Part shown: positions 41,383-52,693 of the stretch, piece after piece | Layout: every line of letters starts with the position of its first letter | How positions within the stretch are numbered: position 1 is the stretch's first letter | Source: Macrostomum lignano | Taxonomy: Eukaryota | Length of the DNA stretch: 62,403 bases | Assembly: GCA_002269645.1 (NCBI GenBank) | Contig: NIVC01004057.1 | Location: 1 to 62,403, forward strand | Direction: 5' to 3' | The notes under the pieces: generated by a model | What the model saw: only the letters and a program-made list of their open reading frames with translations | What the model was told of the DNA's origin: nothing | Database searches by the model: none | Position numbers and translations under genes: made by a program

Positions 41383-44300
41383 GCCGGCAGGAAGCTGCGC
41401 GGACCACTCGTGGAATTCCCGGAGTGGACATCCTGCAGCTTAACCTGCACCACTGCATCGCGGCCTCGACCAACCTGATGCGGGTGGCAAACTTTGCGAA
41501 ACCGGGCATCATCCTACTCCAGGAGCCCTGGACAAAGAAAGGTAAGATTCCGAACATTCCTGCTGGTTTTGACTGTTTTCAAGACCCCCAAAACCCCAGA
41601 GCAGCCATTTTCGTTTCTACCCACCTCAAAGCTTGGCACAGACCGGACCTCTCTGACAGAGACCTCTGTGTCATTCAGTCCAACCACATTATCACCAACC
41701 GCACGGTCATCATCGCCTCGATCTATATCCCTGGCGATGGCCCCGCGGTTCCACCCAACCTCACCTCCCTCGTGGACTACTGCTCTAACCGTAGGTTCGA
41801 GCTGCTGGTGGTGGGCGACATCAACGCTCACCACACCCACTGGGGCAGTAATTCTTCCAATAGCAGAGGCGAGGAACTCCTTGCTTACATCTGCACCACC
41901 AACACTGAGTTTTGCAACACTGGTGGAACCCCCACCTTTGACAACGGGCGATGGACGGAGGCCCTCGACGTTACCCTCGTCTCCCATGGCTTGGCTCCTT
42001 TAGTCAAGGACTGGGAGGTGTGGGACGAAGAGGAGTCTCTGTCTGACCATCGCTTCGTTCGTTTTCGTTTGCAATCCTCTTGCCCCAAGCCTCACATTCT
42101 GTGGAAAAGGAACGTCCGGAACACTGATTGGACGGCTTTCACGGAAACCCTGAAATGCCAGACAGATCAGCTGACTACCGTCGCTCCAACCACCTGTCAG
42201 GAAGTGGATGACCTTGCAGACTTGCTCAGCAAGACCGTCCTGACAGCCCATGAGGCTTCCTGTCCTCTTAAAGCCTACAAAGGCAAAAAATCCGCCCCCT
42301 GGTGGCACCCGGCGCTCGGATCCCTCCGGCGCAAGGCAAAGTGCCTCCAACGGAAAGCTCGCAAGAGCAAGGACCCAGCTGACCTGGCCGCCTATCAAGA
42401 AGCGATCCGTGACTTTAAGCGTGAAACCAGGAAAGCCAAGTCCGACAAATGGCGCCAATACTGCGCGGAGTTGGAAGGCACCCGCCCTACTTCGCGCGTA
42501 GTTAAGGCTCTCACCCTCGACAAAATGTCAAAGCTCTCAGTCATTAAAAGACCGGACGGCCGGCTCGCTGAGAACCCTGGGGAATCGCTGGACGTTATGC
42601 TCACCAGCTCTTTCCCACGTGCCGCACCGCAGCTAGGCCCACCGGACCACTCTCCGGGCGGACAGATCCTGGCTTCGACCATCATTACTAGAGAGAGGAC
42701 GGCTCGCGCCGCAAAATCCTTCTCTCCTTTCAAGTCTCCGGGTCCTGACAACATTTATCCTGCCTTCCTTCATGAGACAGTTAAAAATGACAGGTTTCTC
42801 GGCCTCCTCTGCAACCTCTTCAAGGCCAGCATTACCCTCGGGTATGTGCCAAAAGCCTGGCAAGAGGCTACGGTAGTCTTCATACCCAAGCCAGGAAAGG
42901 GAGACTATCACTCCGCCAAAGCTTACCGCCCTATCAGTCTGACGTCCTTCTTCCTCAAACTGATGGAACGGCTGGTGCTCTGGCGCCTTCTCCTCGTTGA
43001 GCTGAGGAACTCCCCGCTCTCCCCTAATCAGCACGCCTTTCGTCCTGGACGTTCCATCGAAAGTGCGCTGCACGCCATTGTCGACAAGCTGGAGCGCGCC
43101 GTGCTTGGCAGTGGATACGCGCTGTCGCTTTTCCTCGACATTGATGGTGCTTTTAACAATGTGCTCTTTGAAGCCTTTAAGCGAGCCCTGGAATCCCGGG
43201 GCACGCACGAGCACCTCACCCGCTGGATCATGTACATGTCTCCCATCGTACTGCCACCTCGCACCTCCTGGGACACTCACGCTCCGTGGAAGTCCAGAAA
43301 GGCGGACCGCAAGGTGGAGTCCTCAGCCCGATACTCTGGAATTTAGTCATGGACGAGCTGCTTTGCAGCCCGCATCCGGACCCTGTTCAGAAGGTCGGCT
43401 ATGCGGACGATGTTACCGCCACTGTGGCTGGACCATCGCCCGCGGTCCTCAGGGACCTCCTTCAAGCCTTCATCCACCGTGCCGAGCGCTGGGCACATAG
43501 TTGCGGTCTCAGGTTCTCTGAGTCTAAAACCGTGGCTATCATGTTCACCAGCCGCCGAAACTGGAGGATCGAACCGCTCTCCCTCTATGGCAAACCTGTT
43601 GCCATGGAGAAACAAACTAGATGTCTGGGCGTCACCCTCGACCACAGGTTGAGCTGGACCCCGCACGTCCAAACTAAAGCCCGCAAAGCTCTCGCGACTC
43701 TCGCGCAGATCCGCAGAGCTTTCGGTGCTACCTGGGGCCTCACCCCCCGCCGCCTCTGGTGGATTTACACTGCCATTGTTAGACCGGCCATCTCCTTTGC
43801 CGGCCTCATTTGGAACAGTGCCCTAGAGGTGAAAGGGGTTCTTGAGGTTTTAAATAGGGTGCAAGGCCGCGCTTGTCGAGCTATCATGAGCGCGGCTCCC
43901 TCAACGCCCTTCGCTGGCATGAACTCCTTCTTGGACATTCCCCCCTCGACCTCTTTGTTAGAGGGGAGGCTATGAAAACCACCCGTCGTCTGCTTGACGC
44001 GGGTGTCCAAATCCAGAAGCAGTTTGCCTTCAGAAAGCGGAACCTCCGGCCGCATGGCGACCTCAGCCTGCGAGACCTGGAAGCAGCGAGAGGCCTGCTG
44101 ACCCTCTCGGACGGAATCCCGTCCACGCTCTGCCCCCCGCTCAAATTCAAAACCAGCATTCCACCACGCCATGAAGCGAGAGACAACTGGAAACCCCATG
44201 AAATCCACTGCTTCACTGACGGGTCCCAAATCAACTCCGCCTCTGACTACGGCTACTGCATCGTGTTTGGAGGGAGAACTGTGGCGACCTTCTCCCAACA

Positions 44301-44886
44301 CACCGGCACCTGCTCCACCGTCTTCCAGAACGAAGTTCTCGCCATCAGCTCCTGCGCCATGGAGCTGTACAATCAGCACGTCTGGGGGAAGGAAATTACC
44401 CTCCACTCGGACAGTCAAGCAGCGATTCACGCCCTTGAGCGCACCACCACCTGCTCGCGTACAGTCCTCGACTGCATCGGGCAGCTCAACCGCTTAGGCG
44501 CCTCCAACAAGGTGTCCCTAAGGTGGATCCCCGGGCATTCGGGCCACCCCGGCAACGAGCTGGCCCTCTCGGGTCATGGCTGCTTTGCCAGGCATCGTTA
44601 CCTCCAGGAGAAAATCCGCAGTGAGGAATGCCCTTTCTGCCTCTCCGGTGTCGAGAATGCGGAGCACTTCATCTGTGAATGCCCCGCCTTTACTCAGGAC
44701 AGGCTCACCTACCTCGGCCCAAACCCGGACCTCTCCGACGTTTTCAGGCCCGAGAATCTCTGCCAGCTCGTCCGCTACCTAAGGGCTACCGGGCGAGCGA
44801 CAATCCACCTCCTGGACTCTCTGGAGGGGGACCGCGCTGCGGACGCCGGCGCCACCGGAACTCCCTGCGCGACACCGCAGCACTAG
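41379..44886 (+). CDS. LINE ORF2 polyprotein: AP endonuclease, reverse transcriptase, RNase H, zinc knuckle (2 frameshifts, one internal deletion)
   Basis: LQLNLHH, LQEPW, GDINAH, SDH (APE); SPGPDNI, YRPISL, QHAFR, FLDIDGAFNNV, PQGGVLSP, YADD (RT); FTDGS, NEVLAI, SDSQAA, WIPGHSG..GNE (RNase H); CPFC..ENAEHFICEC. Frameshifts at ~43240 and ~43945. Confidence 0.95.
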
Positions 44887-45859
44887 CTGCCCGTGGTCGC
44901 CAGGGGTTAGCGAAATGGGCGGCAACGCCTCCTCGCTGTTTCCGGACGCACGGAGCCCCCTGCAGCTAAGTCAAGTAAGTCAAAGTCAGACCTAAGTTGG
45001 ATCCCAGCTAAGATCGACTTTTATCTTCATAGAACACGTCTATCCTAAACTTAACCCTAAGTTTGATCTTAAGATTGAACTTTGGTTCGTAAAACACCCC
45101 CCTGGTGTGGAAATGTGGGGGCTCCACCCCCACACCGCTCCCTTGACCCCACTGTCTTCTGACTGCCATAGACATTTTAGCGGGCCGTTAAACCGACTGA
45201 ATGCGTTGGAGTAAATGGGGTTTTACCATAGACAGTCTCAGCGGCCAGTAAAACACGCCTCAGCGTTGTACTTCAGCTAGTTTCTGCCCTCTGCAGCTTG
45301 ACAGATTCAATGAGAGACTACGAGTTAGCCTACTCTCAAGAGTAAGGCGTGGATTATGAGAAAAAGTTATTGCACCAGTGTTTGATTTATACGAGTATTA
45401 AGACTCTCCTAGCTTTTGGAATTGAAAAGCATTCGAAACTCACTGAATGAATGTTGTAACAGCGTTTCCAAAGGGAAAATTGGAAGAAGACATTTGTACG
45501 GAACAACTAAAAAAAATTCGAACTAAAGCGGGCCCCAGATTCCGGGATTGAAGTTCTCATGAACAGCTTCCAACCCTTGGTTTGATGCAAGCGAAGTCAG
45601 AACCCTCAACTCTCAAGCTGCCATTGGCGTGTATGTGGATTATGTTTTGCTAACTGCACCTTATCGCTGCTACAACGCTTCGAGAACTTGTACAACAAGG
45701 AAAGGAAAGACGTGTGCGAGTGTCCTTACTTCCTCGGAGCACAAGCTAGCTAGTTGAAGAGTTACCTCTTCATTAACAAGTTTCACAAAATGTGGGGTCA
45801 TGTATGGTTTACGGTACATATTTACAGTACAGTACAGTACGAACATACAGTACAAGTGA

Positions 45860-46505
45860 GGGTCGTGAGGGTTGTAGCCTAGCGAGGGGTTGTAGCCTTG
45901 TGAGGGGTTGTAGCCTAGTGAGGGGTTGTAGCCTAGTGAGGGGTTGTAGCCTAGTGAGGGGTTGTAGCCTAGCGAGGGGTTGTAGCCTAGTGAGGGTTGT
46001 AGCCTAGTGGGGGATGTAGCCTAGTGGGGGTTATAGCCTAGTGACGGGTTGTAGCCTAGTGGAGTGGTTGTACCCTAGCGAGGGGTTGCAGCCTAGTGAC
46101 GGGTTGTAGCCTAGTGAGGGGTTTTAGCCTAGCGAGGGGTTGTAGCCTAGCGAGGGGTTGTAGCCTAGTGACGGGTTGTAGCCTAGTAAGGGGTTGTAGC
46201 CTAGCGAGGGGTTGTAGCCTAGTGAGGGGTTGTAGCCTAGCGAGGGGTTGTAGCCTAGCGAGGGGTTGCAGCCTAGTGACGGGTTGTAGCCTAGCGAGGG
46301 GTTGTAGCCTAGCGAGGGGTTTTAGCCTAGTGACGGGTTGTAGCCTAGCGAGGGGTTGTAGCCTAGTGACGGGTTGTAGCCTAGTGGAGTGGTTGTAGCC
46401 TAGTGGGGGATGTAGCCTAGTAGGGGTTGTAGCCTAGTGACGGGTTGTAGCCTAGTGGAGTGGTTGTAGCCTAGCGAGGGGTTGTAGCCTAATGACGGGT
46501 TGTAG
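45860..46505. repeat. 18-bp satellite (GAGGGGTTGTAGCCTAGT)n, matching the SINE 5-prime end / A box
   Basis: About 35 units running directly into a SINE copy. Confidence 0.93.
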
Positions 46506-47695
46506 CCATTAAAGGATTATAGCCTTGTGGTTAGAGCATCGGATTCACGAGTGAAAGGTTCGGGGTTCGACTATCGACCCGCACGGAACAATTTCATTAT
46601 GTCCTTGAGCACGAAACAACTCTGCATTGCTTCAGTTCACCCAGCTGTAAAATAGGTGCCAGGATTAGTGCTGGAGTAACTGAGGGTGTGTGTGGCGACC
46701 CCCCGTCCTTAGTCTAGGGGTGTTCGGGGTTCGGGGTCAGGTTGGGGTTCGGGGTCGGGTCGGGGTTCGGGGTCGGGTTTTGGTACCGGGTTCGAGGTTC
46801 GGGGTTCGGGAGGTGGTACCGGATCGGGGTTCGGAGTTCGGGGTAGGAGTAGCCTAGTGACGGGTAGGGATACCGGGTTCGGGGTAGGGGTACTAGGTTC
46901 GGGGTAGGGGTACCGGGTTCGGGGTTCGGGTCGGCTCTGGCCACCGGGTTTTCCTGGGTTTTCGGGATTTTGCACAATTATCACTTCTAAGTTAGTTTTC
47001 AGTCAGTTTTGACTCTTTATGCAAAATACACAATGCGAACAATTTATTGTGACCTTCAGTTCTTAAAAATAAAAGAAATAGTAAACAGTATCACTGATGC
47101 CTGTCGAAATTTTTGAAAATAACGAAAGTTGTCGATGCTTATATTTAAAAGTAATTTAGTATTGAAAAGACGTGGTTTGAACTTCATGCTTCAATCATTT
47201 TTAAAAAACTATGTAATTTATGATTTTTTTATTTCTCAATTGGCTTTCTGAGTCAGCCAGGCCTGCAAGTGTATGATTAGTGTATAGTGTATAGTGTATA
47301 GTGTATAGTGTATAGTGTATAGTGTATAGTGTATAGTGTATAATCATAAAATGGGCATTTTTTTAGCTTTACGTCGGTGCCCAAAATGTTTCCCATGGGA
47401 GAAAAATACAAAAAGCGCTGTACTCTTTAACCAAACAGCGTATTTATTGATTAAAATGATTAAAATGTCAAACCAATGTCAAAACTTTCGAGGTTAGGTT
47501 CGTGGTCGGGTCGGGTTTTGGTACCGGGTTCAGGGTTCGGGGTTCGGGGTTTGAAAAAATGTTCGGGTTAACCCCGAACCCCGAAAAAACTGCCGTCCCG
47601 AACACCCCTACCTTGGACTGAACAGCCGTACGCAGCCTTCAGATGCGCCGCACGATACTACACTGTCCAGGACAGGTGTAATCAATTATTATTAC
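46503..47695 (+). mobile_element. tRNA-derived SINE, copy 3, split by a MITE (46503-46714 plus 47611-47695)
   Basis: Head and core lie before the MITE; the CCTTGGACTGAACAGC...GGTGTAATCAATTATT tail resumes after it. Confidence 0.85.
46715..47610. mobile_element. hAT-type non-autonomous element (896 bp)
   Basis: 14-bp TIR TAGGGGTGTTCGGG / CCCGAACACCCCTA; degenerate 8-bp TSD CCTTAGTC/CCTTGGAC; GGGTTCG subterminal repeats; internal (TGTATAG)n. Confidence 0.82.
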
Positions 47696-48622
47696 TATTA
47701 AGATTTGCTGTAGAAAGTGAGCTTATTTTGTCATTGCAATCGTCAAATTTCTTCCGGGTGCGAGCGCTGCACGGTTAACTCAATGTAAGTGACGGAATCT
47801 GCTAAAGTGCAGTGCCAGAAGAAAGTCCATGGAGTGCTAGCTTTATCATCTGGAGAGATGCAAAATGAGATTCTTCTTATTAATGCTTCAGTCTTGAAAC
47901 ATTTCTCATTTACGAGCGTAGTTGGCTCGTAGAAAAGCCGAAAAGCAGCCGGCTATGAAGAGCAAAGAAAATAAACAGAACTTCAGGGGCAGAAAGATGC
48001 AAGGGTTGTGGTAGTAAAGAGTGCCAGTTTAGTTTTCTGCTTTCCAACTCTCTCTGCGGCCCTGTTTACTGACGCCGGGCGACTGCCAAAAATGGAGAAG
48101 CCAGGCCAGTGCAACGTCTTGCCTATCGCGAGAAAGGATCTAAACGTTTGAAACCGCAGGTAAGCAGTTAAGATATCGCAGGGGCTGAGCGAGAATTACT
48201 GCGCCCACCTCATTCGCTTCTATTCGGGGTGAATGCCGACAGAGCGGCGCTCTGTTCAATCTGCCAAGCCGAAGCCAGCCCCAGTTCACGCACTGGCGCT
48301 CAGTTACAGAGTGGCTCGCACCGTGAGCACCGCAGGCTTCCTTATTCACCCACCCCAGCCAGACAGCATTTATTTGGAAATTTCATTTCTGCGTAAAGCA
48401 GTAGGTCTGTAATTTGCGTTCTTCATTTATTCTTTCTGTATAGCATTACGTGTCTGAAAATGTCTGTGGAGTTCAGCAATCGATCGTGGTCATCCGATTC
48501 GGCTCCGACACTATTTCCCGGAACTTTAGTTAGTCCGTTTAACCACTCCATAGACTTGGTGCGAGAGTTTAACAGTGAAAATGACGTAAGTCAGCAAATC
48601 TTTCCAATTTTAAATGAACAAT

Positions 48623-49354
<732 letters not shown>

Positions 49355-49409
49355 GGATCTAATCACAACCGCACATGAAGTCAATCACTCCCGAAAACCC
49401 CAGGCGGTG

Positions 49410-51501
49410 ATGCAGAGGCGCAGCTCAACGGTGTCGCTCGCAGCAGCTACCGGGCGTGGAAGCCACGAGAGTATGGATTTGGATGAGCTGAAGCCGTTGG
49501 ACCTTGAAACCGTAAGCTTGGACAAATTGGATCGATGTATAAGAAGTTTTCCAAATAGTTTTGGTATAACAACGGCGCACATTATCGTATTCTTTCAGCC
49601 GAACCAAGCGAACGCAAGTGAATCACTGCAGGAGCTTCACAAAGCTGAGGCTTTCAGCAGCTTTCCGCACCAGAAGGACCCTGATCCTTGCCTCGGATCG
49701 GCTGCAAACCACTTGCCGCGGCAGTCCATGGAAGCCGTACATACTTTATTTTTGTCTAATCGACCGGACAATACACCGACTGATCTGTTATACGATGAAC
49801 CCGGAACTACTGAACGCTACTCTGAGAGAGAGTGGAGCTCAGTTTTTTTAAATTCAAGAGACTCCTGGAGCTCGCATGGCGCCAGCGCTCCTGGACTTCC
49901 TCAGCCGTATGGAATGGGTCAAGTCGAAATGGAAAATCAGCAGTACTCTTATCAGCTGAGCCCGAGACAACAAAGTGGCGAAGAAGACCCAACTAATCTA
50001 GGTAGACATGGCGAGTTTGCTGCTCCAGGTGCTCAGAATTTAGAATCAGCTACTTTTTACGCGACCCATGAGCAACAGCAGCAGCAACAGTTCGAGATGT
50101 ACCCCAGCGGCAGCGTCACTAACATAGCGTGCAACTTTGAGACACTGGCCCCCAAAATGACTCGTCCGCCCGAAATTCCTTGCCAACTTGGCATGGATAA
50201 TGGCATTATCGAGGAGGCGTTTGCTTCGCACGAACCGAATCCGACAGGACATTGGACTGGTTTTGAGTCAATTCAGATTCTGGAGATGCCTCCCGCACAA
50301 CCGCCGATAGCTCAGCAGGCAGCCAACTCCATGATTCCTGCGCCTCCTATTGTTAAAGACGATGAGGACGACATTCTAGACAGCATTATTTCATGGGAAT
50401 CCCCGTCGCCTGATGAAACGCCTTCGCCGGACACAGAAGCTGAAGCTGAGCGCAAGGCACAATGCGTCCGGGAGATTATGTGTGAGTGTTGTGCTCGAGT
50501 GTTTTTCATTCTTGATGGTGTTGTTTGTTTATGGGATTTCTAAATACTTTATTGGTCACCTGGGCAGCTACATGTATTGCTTGTATTCCTGTAGAGGGTT
50601 GTAGCCCAGTGGTTGGAGTGTCGGACTCACTACTTAAAGGTTCGGGATTCGGTTCTCAACCCACTCAAGACAATTTGTGTCGTTGAGCAAGACACTTAAC
50701 TCTGCATTGCTTCAGTTCACCCCGGCTGTAAAATGTGTGCCAGCATTAGCTGGGATAATTGAGGGTGTGTGGTGACCCCCCCCCCAGTCCTTGGACTGAA
50801 CAGCCATAAGCAGCCATCAGCTGCGGCTGAATTTTCGGTTGCACATACACCCATTAGGGCAGGTGTAAATAAAGAAATAGTCAGGTTTTGTTCAATTATT
50901 CAATTTATCTATTTAAACAAAAATAAACGTTAAAATTACAGGCCTGCGTCGAGGTATCAAAGCAGACGCACTGCCAAAGAAGCAGATACTGATTCATGAA
51001 GTCGTTCACATTATGCTGCTCTGTGACCACAACGGTTGCCCGGACCTTAGGAAAATTTTGAGATTCTGCACGGAAGACGGCTTTGAAAGTTTCCAAGTCA
51101 CCAACAACTTCATGGTGCACGACACTGTGCTCATGGGACAGGTCTGGAAGAGGCTCAAAGGCAACACAAAAGGCTACTACGATACTTTTGCTCGTGCAAT
51201 GAGGTACGTCTTGGTTATAACTCAGATGAAATATTTTATTTACAAGCATTAATTATGCAGACTTGAGGAAAACGCCTGGAAACATTATTTTCTGTCTGTT
51301 AGCAGCTACCAATTGCATCAAAACAGTCGATCTCTATGCTCAATCAAACTTTTCAGAACCTGTCGCCAGCAGAAGAAGGACTACTTCGATTACCTGGACT
51401 CCGGCAAAGGGTCAAGGAAACGGATGTACAAGCTGGGCAGCAGGTCAATCGCCGAAATCGAGGAAATTTCCAAAGTTTTACGTCGCTTCAAGCCTCAGTA
51501 G
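49410..51501 (+). CDS. Divergent ETS-like transcription factor, 4 exons, 463 aa
   Basis: Exons 49410-49511, 49599-50481, 50942-51203, 51357-51501 (1392 nt, GT-AG, in phase). Acidic/Gln/Pro-rich N-terminal region, then F..HD..LMGQVWKRLKGN...YYDTFARAMR...GSRKRMYKLG, resembling the ETS winged helix. Confidence 0.75.
50593..50870 (+). mobile_element. tRNA-derived SINE, copy 4 (in intron 2 of the ETS-like gene)
   Basis: TAGCCCAGTGG A box; same core and tail. Confidence 0.85.
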
Positions 51502-52693
51502 CTTGCTTGCTCTTGCTTGCAGTCAAGAACAATATAGACGCTTTCTTTAGTACAGCAACGAGTGTATCAAGATTTGAGCGTCATTCTTGAAAGAAAAAAC
51601 ATTCAAATTTCTTTTCGCTTGCAAATTTTTTCTTTCGATTTTTTCGAACCTTGCTTTCTATTTACGTCTAGACCTTTCCATCATATTTTCAATTCGCAAT
51701 TTAACAAATAATGTTTTTATTTTAGCATACGAAGGATAGGTACTGTACCATGTCGAAATTTAAACAAAGAAATTTTACCAATAGCCAATAGACATGAATA
51801 ATTTTACGATCAAAGCAGTGTAAAAACACATCTTTTCTTTACTCGTAAATTTGCGTATTATTGTTCATTTCTAAGAATTTCCATCATTTATCCAAGATTT
51901 GCCATAATTCATATGCCAAGATTTGCCGCCCTTTTCTACGCTCGTATGTTATTCATTTTAAATGAAAAAAATAAATGGTGTTCCATCATCTAATATTACT
52001 TTGGTTTTCGTACTATTCCCTCTTTTCAGTTAGGGATTTAAATACGCTATAAACAGCTGCAATTGCGGTCAGTCACTTATTGGTGGTAACTCTAACTTTT
52101 CTTCACTAACTTTTTTAAACTGGTTAATTTACTTAATTAGGCCTGTATCAGTTAATCTGAGTACCTTTCTCCGTTTACATAACGGTCGAGACCATCGAGT
52201 TAATCTGTAACAACAAAGCGGCCGCTTACGCTCGCACCTAAATGTTTGCCTCGAGACAGCTACCCTGCGGTAGGATGCGGTTTGTTAATAGGTGTTTATT
52301 TATTCCGAAGAAACTTTCATTCCACTCTACTACTACTAGCAGTATGCATCATCTGCAGAATGCGTTAGCAAAATAGGAAGTAAGTTTTTGTCTTTTTTAT
52401 ACCGACTTCCCAATATCTCAGCTTCTGGAAATTCAAATGACGCAAGTTTGCGTCTCTTCTTGAGTTGCTCTCACAGGTTTATCAAGCTATTTTTCAAAAA
52501 TTCTACGGCAGACCGACAATCAAGCAGAGTTCTGTTTTTAATTTTTTTTCAACAAACTTGTCGATAACAATCGTTTTCGTTCGTTCGTTCAACAATGTGT
52601 CGAGCACAATAACCTGAAACAGTTAATCAACGTTATTGATAGACATGTACGAGCTAGCTCCTGAGAAGTGCTTGTGGTGTTTCTTTCCACACT

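Larger units (their letters stand above)
39307..44987 (+). mobile_element. Non-LTR retrotransposon (I-group, LOA/Lian-like), near full length
   Basis: ~600-nt 5-prime UTR, ORF1, ORF2 (APE, RT, RNase H, C-terminal CCHC), short (AAGTC)n tail at ~44967-44987. Confidence 0.92.
38942..45101. mobile_element. Non-autonomous PIF/Harbinger-like element (MITE), interrupted by a LINE
   Basis: TIR GGGGGTGTTTTACGAAC at 38942 and GTTCGTAAAACACCCCC ending ~45101; internal TTAAG/GATCTT motifs on both arms; flanks CAG/CTG-like. Confidence 0.7.

Noticed and set aside
49512-49598. Reading the 49407-50543 ORF as one uninterrupted exon
   Set aside because: Strong GTAAGC donor and TTCTTTCAG acceptor define an 87-nt in-frame intron, and the ORF end runs past a GTGAGT donor at 50482
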